From Candidatus Saccharimonadota bacterium (GTDB taxonomy: Bacteria; Patescibacteriota; Saccharimonadia; Saccharimonadales; Saccharimonadaceae), in assembly GCF_025273655.1 (NCBI RefSeq), contig NZ_CP045921.1:480001-512000 (forward strand): DNA of 32,000 nucleotides, written 5' to 3'. This document shows positions 7,774 through 15,443 of this stretch, in pieces; the first letter of the stretch is position 1, and the number at the start of each line of letters is the position of its first letter. The notes under the pieces were generated by a model, which saw only the letters and a list, made by a program, of their open reading frames with translations, did not search any database and was not told where the DNA came from. The position numbers and the translations under genes were made by a program.

Positions 7774-7848
7774 TGGCTGGGGTGGAGGGATTCGAACCCC
7801 CGAATGCCGGAACCAAAATCCGGTGCCTTACCACTTGGCGACACCCCA
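7774..7848 (-). tRNA. tRNA-Gln (anticodon UUG), CCA encoded
   Basis: The reverse complement TGGGGTGTCGCCAAGTGGTAAGGCACCGGATTTTGGTTCCGGCATTCGGGGGTTCGAATCCCTCCACCCCAGCCA folds as a cloverleaf. The 7-bp acceptor stem is perfect, the anticodon loop is TTTTGGT, and the sequence closely resembles E. coli tRNA-Gln. Confidence 0.95.
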
Positions 7849-7914
7849 ATGTGTCTGTTCAGCGGTACTTATTTTACCATGCGGGCGCCAGAAGGTCTAG
7901 CTGTCCACTTTAGC

Positions 7915-8472
7915 CTAGTGTTTGAGCGCAAGTGTGGTGATGAGGCTATCGAACGTCGGGTTGTCGGGCGCTATATAAATACCTGCGAGCTGCGAGTTGC
8001 TGTCAAATTTGAGTACGGTACCTGGTTGTGTGACACCAAACTGCTCTGCAATATCCTTATGTGTAGCCAGAGTTATCCGGTAGATATGTAGGTCGTGCGG
8101 GAGTTCGCTTGCACGGGTTCGCAGCTGACTATCGAGTGCAACACTTGGCGCATGAGTGCTATCGTAGAAAAACAAGATGCGTGGTTTGCTGCTGGCGGCA
8201 CGAAATACTGCCTCAGAAAACTCCTCGTAACTCGCACCCGTGCTTGATGCTGCCAGTGACGGATTTTTGCTCGTAGTAGTTGTTTTTTTCGTGCTGGTAC
8301 TGCTGGACGATTTTGGTGTTTGCTCTGCTGGCACCGTGGAGGTGCTAGTAGAAACAGTCGTGCGCTCCTCGGTAGGTTGCGAATCTTGCCGAGTACCTAC
8401 GAGCGCAGTACTGATACCGACTATGACAACGAGCAATACAATGCCTGCGGCTGCTATAAGTTTAATGCTCAT
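7915..8472 (-). CDS. Membrane-anchored thioredoxin-fold protein lacking the CxxC motif, with a Ser/Thr-rich linker
   Basis: Start set to the ATG at 8472 (SD GGAGG), which overlaps the ATPase stop as ATGA. One TM, a linker STSTSTVPAEQTPKSSSSTSTKKTTTTSK, then ILFFYDSTHAPSVAL where Trx proteins carry WCxxC. The mature protein has no Cys. Confidence 0.55.
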   Translation of the reverse strand: MSIKLIAAAGIVLLVVIVGISTALVGTRQDSQPTEERTTVSTSTSTVPAEQTPKSSSSTSTKKTTTTSKNPSLAASSTGASYEEFSEAVFRAASSKPRILFFYDSTHAPSVALDSQLRTRASELPHDLHIYRITLATHKDIAEQFGVTQPGTVLKFDSNSQLAGIYIAPDNPTFDSLITTLALKH

Positions 8473-11006
8473 GCGTAGCTCCTCCCTACGCGACGCACAG
8501 TGTGACGTGAGTGCCATTTGAGTAGCTCGCTAGTGGCGAGCAATAGAGCAGCGCTCACTAGTGAGCTGATGAGCACATCTTGTGGCTGGACAGGCACCAT
8601 GCCAAGCCACGTGCCCGCCGGACTTTGTATAAGTATAAGTTGCAGCAATACTACCGCTACGACACCACCGTATACAAGCGGGCTGAAAGTACGGAATCGT
8701 ACTAGTGTTGAAGTATGGTCGCTGCGGGCCGAGAGTGCACTGACGATCTGCATGACAACAAACATAGTAAAGACAATAGTTTGAGCATACGCGTAGCCGA
8801 ACTGCGATGAATAGTAGATGCTTGCGATAAGACAAACAAGCATCATGATAGTGGAGAGTAGACACATGCGCACGATGAGATATTTGGGCAGTACACTTGC
8901 ACGAGGCGAGACAGGGCGACGGTCCATGATATGGCGACTATGAGGCTCCAAGCCGAGCGGTAACACGAGCGCGAGACTGACTATGAGATTGATCCAGAGG
9001 AGCTGCGAAGGGAGGAGCGCTGGCGCAGTAGCGAGCAGGAGCGAGCCTGCTATCAGCGCCATCTCTGCGATATTGGTAGTGATGACGAACAAAAACATGC
9101 GGCGAATATTGCCCACAATTGTTCTGCTCCATTTGATAGCCTCCAGTGTGGTTGCAAAGTTGTTGTCGAGTAAGATAAGGTCGCTCGCATCGCGCGCAAG
9201 TAGTGAGCTATGCGCTGTAGAAATACCTATGTGTGCCTGAATAAGCGCCGGGATATCATCGGTGCTGTCTCCTGTAGCGGCAACAATATGATGATGACGT
9301 ATGGCACTGAGAAGGCGATGTTTTTGGTCGGGCGCAGTACGGGCGAAGACAGTGACCGTCTGAGCGACACGAGTAAGTTCTGGATCGCTCATGACTGCAA
9401 GTTTGCGTGCGTCGAGCACTTGACTGCGGTTTGTCGCAATTCCAAGCTGGCGTCCGATACTGTAGGCCGTCTCTACATGATCTCCCGTGACCATGCGCAC
9501 ACTTATGCCTGCATGCGTAGCGGTGGCAACAGCGTGTTTAACGGCTGGTTTGAGCACCTGTGCAAATGCGACGAAGCCGACGAAGTGAAGGCGTTGACGT
9601 TTGGCAAGTTGACTGGGTTTGGTAATGGGCTGAGCTAGCTCGCACCATGCAATAGCTAGCACTTGGTGACCATTCGCGGCGAGCCGCTGCAGCTCGAGAT
9701 GCGCGTGTTCATACTCCGCGTCCGATAGATCGGCCATGCGCAAAATTTTTTCCGGTGCTCCTTTGAGCACGAGGCAGTACTTACTTCCATGATGCCAGAG
9801 ATTTCCACTGACGCCACTCTGATGCTCAAACGCAAATGTGTGGGCGGGCTGAATATGGCGTGCGGCCTGGTGTGGGATGTAATTTGCGAGTGCAGTGTCA
9901 TGTTCGTCGCGGACCGATGTGGCAGAAAGTGTCGCCTGCTGGCATCTGTTTAGGAACTCTTTTGTAGCGACAGAGGGTGCACACCATGTGGCTGCAACAG
10001 AGATCGTGTCACGCGTCAGCATGCCTGTTTTGTCGGATACGAGAGCGCTTATGAGGCTGAGCGGTTCAATAGCATGAGTGTGTCGTACTAGCGCGCGATG
10101 CGCGTACAGTGTGCGAAGTCCCTGGGTAGAGACAAATGCTACGGCAAACGCAAGTATTGCGGGTACAGCGGCAACGATGATCGCACTCGCGTATTCGGCG
10201 ATTTCCTCGAAAGGCATACTGTAGGCTGCGCCAAGCGCCAAAATGCCTACGATGATACCGAATAGTATGATGACAACGAGATGTACGAGGCGTGCGATTT
10301 TTTGCTGCAATGAGCTGCGTCTTGATACACGGGCCGCTCGCTGCAGCAGTTTGCCGTACTCTGTACGATTACCCGTGCTAGTGATGACTGCTACCCCGCT
10401 TCCACTCACGACGTAGGTGCCACGGTAGACCATGTTGCTGCGCTGCGGCAGCTGGGTTTCACTATGAAGTGTCTGGGGACGCTTTGCATCGGGTTCAGTT
10501 TCACCTGTAAGTTGGAGTTGGTTAACCATGAGCTGCGCGCTGTGCACGATACGTCCGTCCGCGGGTATTCGATCACCTGGTTGCAATGTCACTATGTCAC
10601 CCGGTACCAGCTCGGCCGTGTCGATATGTACTTCTATACCATCTCGGCGTACGCGTGCTCGTCCAGTTGCCTCCGATTCGAGCGTACGAAGCGTGTGCTC
10701 GTGCGAGAAACTCTGCCAGTATCGCAGCGAGGCATTGAGTACGATAATACTCGCTATCAGGACGCTTTCTGCTGCATTGTTTGCTGTGATACTGATCGCA
10801 AGTGCGATGAGGAGTAGTACCATGAGCGCGCCCCGAAAAGGTTCGCTGGCAATATGCCAAAACGAACGCCGGGAAAGCCTGAGGTGATTTGGGCCGTGTG
10901 TTTTGAGCCTCGCTTCGGCATAAATTTGGTGCAAACCCTTTTCACTCGACTTGAGTTCGTCGAGTACATCGCTGGCGGATTGGCTATGATAAAGCATTAG
11001 CTTCAT
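8469..11006 (-). CDS. P-type cation-transporting ATPase (type II/III-like), divergent signature motifs
   Basis: Cation_ATPase_N-like N-terminus, PGDIVTLQPGDRIPADG, LTGETEP, DKTGMLT, KGAPE, MVTGDH, TGDSTDDIPAL. TM4 reads AAVPAILAF instead of PEGL. About 10 TM helices. Confidence 0.85.
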   Translation of the reverse strand: MKLMLYHSQSASDVLDELKSSEKGLHQIYAEARLKTHGPNHLRLSRRSFWHIASEPFRGALMVLLLIALAISITANNAAESVLIASIIVLNASLRYWQSFSHEHTLRTLESEATGRARVRRDGIEVHIDTAELVPGDIVTLQPGDRIPADGRIVHSAQLMVNQLQLTGETEPDAKRPQTLHSETQLPQRSNMVYRGTYVVSGSGVAVITSTGNRTEYGKLLQRAARVSRRSSLQQKIARLVHLVVIILFGIIVGILALGAAYSMPFEEIAEYASAIIVAAVPAILAFAVAFVSTQGLRTLYAHRALVRHTHAIEPLSLISALVSDKTGMLTRDTISVAATWCAPSVATKEFLNRCQQATLSATSVRDEHDTALANYIPHQAARHIQPAHTFAFEHQSGVSGNLWHHGSKYCLVLKGAPEKILRMADLSDAEYEHAHLELQRLAANGHQVLAIAWCELAQPITKPSQLAKRQRLHFVGFVAFAQVLKPAVKHAVATATHAGISVRMVTGDHVETAYSIGRQLGIATNRSQVLDARKLAVMSDPELTRVAQTVTVFARTAPDQKHRLLSAIRHHHIVAATGDSTDDIPALIQAHIGISTAHSSLLARDASDLILLDNNFATTLEAIKWSRTIVGNIRRMFLFVITTNIAEMALIAGSLLLATAPALLPSQLLWINLIVSLALVLPLGLEPHSRHIMDRRPVSPRASVLPKYLIVRMCLLSTIMMLVCLIASIYYSSQFGYAYAQTIVFTMFVVMQIVSALSARSDHTSTLVRFRTFSPLVYGGVVAVVLLQLILIQSPAGTWLGMVPVQPQDVLISSLVSAALLLATSELLKWHSRHTVRRVGRSYA

Positions 11007-11012
11007 TATATC

Positions 11013-11054
11013 AAAAGCAGCGCGCTCCGAGGGGGTGACTTCGAAGCGCGCTGC
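11013..11054 (-). terminator. Rho-independent terminator after greA, ending 7 nt before the ATPase start codon
   Basis: On the minus strand: gcagcgcgc-(20-nt loop)-gcgcgctgc followed by TTTTGATATA-ATG. Confidence 0.6.
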
Positions 11055-11078
11055 TGGCGGGGTGAATTATAAGGGTTA

Positions 11079-11558
11079 CTAGCTGATGCGAACGAGCTGC
11101 ATACTACTTGTACGCAAGCCGCCTGCCCATTCGATTGTCTCTTTGGCTCTACGACCGAGGAGACTCTGGCCAAGTGGGCTGTTGACTGAAATGCGCCCAT
11201 CGCTCGGATTGGCTTCGAGGCTACTGACGACAGTATAACGCACCATACGTCCATTTGTGTCCATGAGATCGACGACCGAACCAAGAGCTACTTTTAGTGC
11301 GTCGCGTTTACGAGGCAGCTGAACTGCTCGTGCGAGCTGGTCATGCTTTTCCTGGATGTCATTTGCAATCATTTCGATGCGACTTTGAGCTTCGATGCGT
11401 TCGTAGCGATCTTCGCGACTGTCGGTGCGGTCAAGCTCGCGGAGTTCGTGTTGTGCGTGGTGGAGGAGCCGTTCGAGAGAAGCAATTTCTTTCTTGAGCT
11501 CTTTCATGCCTTTTTTGCTCAGATACACAGTTTCTTGTTCTGTTACAATCATGGTCAA
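11079..11558 (-). CDS. greA: GreA/GreB-family transcription elongation factor
   Basis: N-terminal coiled coil with an acidic tip (DSREDRYE). C-terminal domain GSVVDL...ISVNSPLGQSLLGRRAKETIEW. SD AAAGGAG. Confidence 0.8.
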   Translation of the reverse strand: MTMIVTEQETVYLSKKGMKELKKEIASLERLLHHAQHELRELDRTDSREDRYERIEAQSRIEMIANDIQEKHDQLARAVQLPRKRDALKVALGSVVDLMDTNGRMVRYTVVSSLEANPSDGRISVNSPLGQSLLGRRAKETIEWAGGLRTSSMQLVRIS

Positions 11559-11660
11559 TGCTCCTTTTCTTCGTGTTTATGTGATCTCTGCTGATCACTG
11601 ACTGCAGTATGCCAGACGAATCTGAGTGTTTACTGAATTGCTTGAGAATTGTAGCTAATA

Positions 11661-12689
11661 CTACAACGCACGTGTCTGCGACAGAGGTATTCGAACCGTG
11701 AACGTGGTAAAAACGCCCGGCTGACTGCTCGCGGTGAGCTCACCATGGTGGAGCTCTACAATTTTCTTTGCCAGTGGCAGCCCAAGACCATAACTGGCGT
11801 TTTCTTCTAACGTTCGTGATGAGCTAGCTCGATAAAATCTCGTAAAAATATGCGGGAGTTTGTCTGGAGCGATGCCAACTCCGATATTTGTGACGCTGAG
11901 CTCCACGCTTCGAACACGGCGTTTAAGCGAGACAGTTACGCGAGTGTCTGAAGGGCTGTATTTGAGGGCATTGTCGAGCAGCACGACTGCCAGTTCGGTA
12001 ATACTGGTAGGATTTGCTTCTATGTCAGGAAGTTTTTTGACAGCTTCTACATCAATGCGATCGGCCCGTTCTCCGAGTGAACGAATAGCAGTGTCGACTG
12101 TTTCGGTAATATTGAACTTACGCCACTCAAGCTCGCTGTACTCAAGCCGGGCGAGCTTGAGCAACGTTGAAGATAGCTCGCTCAGTCGATCAACTTCCTC
12201 TAGGTTACTCTCGAGAATTTCGCGGTAATCTTGTTTGGTTGCGCCACTATCAGATAAGATGACTTCGAGCTCTGTTTTCATGACGGCAAGTGGTGTTTTG
12301 AGCTCATGGCTTGCGTCACTGGTGAACTTGGTCTGAGCCTCGTGAGCGGCCTCAATCGGTCGGAGGGTACGCTTGGCGAGAATGTAGGACGCGACACTTG
12401 CGATAGCAAGCACGGCAAGATTAGCATATAGGAGCATGCCTACAATATTATGTTCGGCTTCTGCAATTTGACGGTCACGTACTGTTTCAAAATTGAAGTC
12501 AGATTGGGCGAGTACGGTGGTACTTTGCGCCAACCGGGCTTCTATGACTTCAAACCTGGCGTAGAGCTCACCGCTTGCAAAATTGTAGACGAGCACGCTA
12601 AATACGAGACAGACCAGCATGATACCGGCCAAATACCAGATGGTAAGTTTGAGTGTGGCTGATTGAAACATTTTTGGAATGTTTTGCAT
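11661..12689 (-). CDS. Sensor histidine kinase (paralog of 2019-3044), two TM segments, no HAMP
   Basis: H-box SHELKTPL close to TM2. LLDNALKYSP, NIGVGI, SYGLGL. Same architecture and length as the first kinase. Confidence 0.9.
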   Translation of the reverse strand: MQNIPKMFQSATLKLTIWYLAGIMLVCLVFSVLVYNFASGELYARFEVIEARLAQSTTVLAQSDFNFETVRDRQIAEAEHNIVGMLLYANLAVLAIASVASYILAKRTLRPIEAAHEAQTKFTSDASHELKTPLAVMKTELEVILSDSGATKQDYREILESNLEEVDRLSELSSTLLKLARLEYSELEWRKFNITETVDTAIRSLGERADRIDVEAVKKLPDIEANPTSITELAVVLLDNALKYSPSDTRVTVSLKRRVRSVELSVTNIGVGIAPDKLPHIFTRFYRASSSRTLEENASYGLGLPLAKKIVELHHGELTASSQPGVFTTFTVRIPLSQTRAL

Positions 12690-12692
12690 GGA

Positions 12693-13370
12693 CTAGTGTG
12701 CCTCAAATTTGTAGCCGACACCGCGGACGGTTTTGATGTAGTGTACCTTGAACCTGTTATCTATTTTGCCGCGCAGATATTTGATATAGACTTCAACCGT
12801 ATTTGGCAAAATATCTGCATCAAAATCCCAGACGTGGCTGATGATTTGCTCCTTGGAAACCGGACGACCCTCCGATCGCATAAGGTATTCGAGTAGTGCT
12901 TGTTCTTTGACAGTAAGATCGAGTAATTCCCCATCGTAGCTTGTCTCGTGTAGCGTGGTATTGAGGGAGAGCTTGCCTGCGCGCAGCACAGTATCTTGAT
13001 GAATCGTCGGTCGGCGGAGTAGTGCGCGCACACGGGCGAGTAGCTCGTCGACGGAAAAAGGTTTCGTGAGGTAGTCGTCCGCCCCGGCGTCCAGTCCTTC
13101 TGTTTTCTGCTCGGTACTACCAAGCGCCGTGAGGATGAGCGCAGGTGCATCTATATCTTCCTCTCGGAGTTTGCGAAGTAGTGCAACACCATCTGCATAC
13201 TCACCCGGCAGTAACCTGTCAACGATCATGATATCGTATGGCTCGGTACTCGCCATAGCATAACCACCGTCACTGTCATGCTCGACATCGACAGCATAGC
13301 CTTGTCCTCGCAGTGCTCTGGCAAGCGCATTGGCGATTTTGACTTCGTCTTCGATCACCAGGATGCGCAC
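12693..13370 (-). CDS. OmpR-family response regulator (paralog of 3041-3718)
   Basis: Receiver plus winged helix, also 225 aa. Shares the identical stretch HVWDFDADILPN with the first regulator. GTG start. Confidence 0.9.
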   Translation of the reverse strand: MRILVIEDEVKIANALARALRGQGYAVDVEHDSDGGYAMASTEPYDIMIVDRLLPGEYADGVALLRKLREEDIDAPALILTALGSTEQKTEGLDAGADDYLTKPFSVDELLARVRALLRRPTIHQDTVLRAGKLSLNTTLHETSYDGELLDLTVKEQALLEYLMRSEGRPVSKEQIISHVWDFDADILPNTVEVYIKYLRGKIDNRFKVHYIKTVRGVGYKFEAH

Positions 13371-13372
13371 AG

Positions 13373-14608
13373 CTATGCTCGTTTTTTGAGGCTTAGAGTT
13401 TTAAGTGACAGTCTCCCGTCGTACTGCATGGCGCCGTAGCGAAACAGGCGCACCGCAAGCAGGATGATGACAGTGCCAAGCACCATGAGCATGCTGATCA
13501 CAATAGCGGCGTCAACTAGGCCGAGGGAACCAAATGCGTTGCGAAGTAAGGCTGTAACTGGTGCGGTGTATGGGAAGAATGTGAAGACTTGTACCACAAG
13601 TGCGCTCGGGTCGCTGAGGATGAGCATGATGATATAAAACGGTATGAACATGAGGAGGATGGCAATGCCAAAGTATTGGCCTGCTTCTTTGGCTGTTGGC
13701 ATGACAGCACCAACAGCTACAAGTGTACCGGTGAACAACATGAGTCCTCCGATCATAATGAGTGCACCTATCACCATGGCAGTTGGATCGACAACAAGCT
13801 GTGAGATCATGTTCGCGTTTGGAAGATTGACAACTTCCGAGCCAAGTACAAAGTATGCAATGACTGCTGGCGTAATCATTACGGCCGCCTGCACGATACC
13901 TGCCAGAAATGTCGCAAGAAGCTTGCCTACGATAAGAATGGTTGGATTAAGCGTGGTGAGAATCATCTCAGTAACGCGATTTTCTTTTTCTTCGACAGTA
14001 CTATTGAGAAGGTTGTTGCCAAGCATGGCAATTGTAAAATAGAAAAAGAGGAGGAAGAGCAATGGTGGAATGGCTGCAAGCCAGCCGGCAGAGACTTCCC
14101 CATCTTTTTTATAGGTGGTGGTGTCACTCGAGACAGATCCCTGTGTTACGGCTATTAATCTCGGATTTGCAATTGTCGCAGCAGCACTTGTCTTCAGCAT
14201 CTGTTCGGCGACAGCAGAGTATTTGCCATTATTGAACAGTCCCGCGTCTTTGCCGTAGACTTCTACCTGTGCCTTGTCGAGGTTGGCGGGATAGTAGAAA
14301 AATGCGTCAACCTTGCCTGTTTTGACCTCCTCGATCGCAGTCGCTTTGTCGGTGACTGGCTGGGCGTCAAGTTTGTCAGCTACTACTGGTAATACGACGC
14401 TCGAGTCGTCTTTGTATTCGATACTAAACTTCTCCTGGGCAAGTTTTTCACTACTGTCGCTTGAGGTCTTGCTACTGTAATAGACGATACCGATGATAAC
14501 GGCGAACATGAGTGGAAATGCGAGTGTGGCAATCCAAAACGAAGGCTTTTTGACAGTACGCCAAAACTCAAAACTAATAACTGTGCCGAGATTATGTCGA
14601 GATGCCAT
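13373..14608 (-). CDS. ABC-2 type transporter permease, NatB-like topology
   Basis: TM1, a ~130-aa external domain, then 5 C-terminal TM helices. Separated by 2 nt from each neighbouring gene. Confidence 0.75.
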   Translation of the reverse strand: MASRHNLGTVISFEFWRTVKKPSFWIATLAFPLMFAVIIGIVYYSSKTSSDSSEKLAQEKFSIEYKDDSSVVLPVVADKLDAQPVTDKATAIEEVKTGKVDAFFYYPANLDKAQVEVYGKDAGLFNNGKYSAVAEQMLKTSAAATIANPRLIAVTQGSVSSDTTTYKKDGEVSAGWLAAIPPLLFLLFFYFTIAMLGNNLLNSTVEEKENRVTEMILTTLNPTILIVGKLLATFLAGIVQAAVMITPAVIAYFVLGSEVVNLPNANMISQLVVDPTAMVIGALIMIGGLMLFTGTLVAVGAVMPTAKEAGQYFGIAILLMFIPFYIIMLILSDPSALVVQVFTFFPYTAPVTALLRNAFGSLGLVDAAIVISMLMVLGTVIILLAVRLFRYGAMQYDGRLSLKTLSLKKRA

Positions 14609-14610
14609 AT

Positions 14611-15366
14611 CTATTTCTCCTCCCCTTCACTTGCGGCGTCTTCGCCGTACACATGAAGAAATACGTCATCCATGGTTTTCTTTTTGAACTGCTCTAGTAC
14701 TTCGGGCACTGTACCATATGCCGCCTGAGTGCCATCTTTGAGTAAGATTAATCGGTCGCACAGTCGCTCTACCTCGCTCATGTCATGAGTAATGAGGATG
14801 ATAGTCGCACCCTTGGCACGCTGAGCTTCGATAATATCCATAAGTAAACGGCGATTGACTGGGTCGAAGCCTTTGGTTGGCTCGTCGAGAATGAGTACGT
14901 CCGGGTCGTTCATAATCGTCACGCCTAGCTGGACCTTTTGCTGTTGTCCACCAGAAAGTTTATCGACTTTTACTCTTGCTTTGTCTTCGAGCTTGACACG
15001 CTTTAAGTAGTCGAGTGACCACTGTTTTGCTTCTTGTTTAGCGAGGCCTTTGAGCTGACCAAAGTAGGTCATGACATCGAGAACTGACTCTTTTTTGTAG
15101 AGGCCGCGTTCTTCTGGCAGGTAGCCGAGCATACGGCCATCTTCTGGCTCAAATGTCTTGCCGTTGATAGTGAGTGAACCGCTGGTGGGCTGATAGATAC
15201 CAAGGAGCGCACGCATCGTTGTCGTCTTGCCGCTACCATTGCTACCGAGGAAGCCAAACGTTTCGCCCTTTCGAACTTCAAATGATAAGTCGTCGATGAC
15301 TGTTTTGTCGCCAAATTTCATACTAAATTGGTCGACGGTGATGACGGGCGCTGCTGATTTGATCAC
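14611..15366 (-). CDS. ABC transporter ATP-binding protein (ABC-2/NatA/CcmA-like)
   Basis: Walker A GSNGSGKTT, signature LSGGQQQKVQL, Walker B LILDEPTKGFD. SD AAGGAGG 5 nt before the GTG start. Confidence 0.9.
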   Translation of the reverse strand: MIKSAAPVITVDQFSMKFGDKTVIDDLSFEVRKGETFGFLGSNGSGKTTTMRALLGIYQPTSGSLTINGKTFEPEDGRMLGYLPEERGLYKKESVLDVMTYFGQLKGLAKQEAKQWSLDYLKRVKLEDKARVKVDKLSGGQQQKVQLGVTIMNDPDVLILDEPTKGFDPVNRRLLMDIIEAQRAKGATIILITHDMSEVERLCDRLILLKDGTQAAYGTVPEVLEQFKKKTMDDVFLHVYGEDAASEGEEK

Positions 15367-15427
15367 GTGTCCTCCTTTTGGTGCTCTTATTATACTACCG
15401 CACCAGGCGGCCAGAGTGCAACAGATG

Positions 15428-15436
15428 TGGTACTAT
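15428..15436 (+). promoter_or_regulatory. Extended -10 element (TGgTACTAT) 7 nt upstream of the tgt ATG; implies a leaderless mRNA
   Basis: gatgTGgTACTATagtataaATG read directly. No SD. Confidence 0.35.
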
Positions 15437-15443
15437 AGTATAA

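Noticed and set aside
7473-8091. Plus-strand ORFs of 91 and 95 aa overlapping the terminators, the att repeat and tRNA-Gln.
   Set aside because: They run through a tRNA gene and hairpin terminators and have no SD, so they are chance frames.
11007-11078. A cation (for example Mg2+) riboswitch upstream of the P-type ATPase.
   Set aside because: Only 72 nt separate the ATPase from the greA stop, and a single simple hairpin fills them. That is far too short for an M-box-type element.
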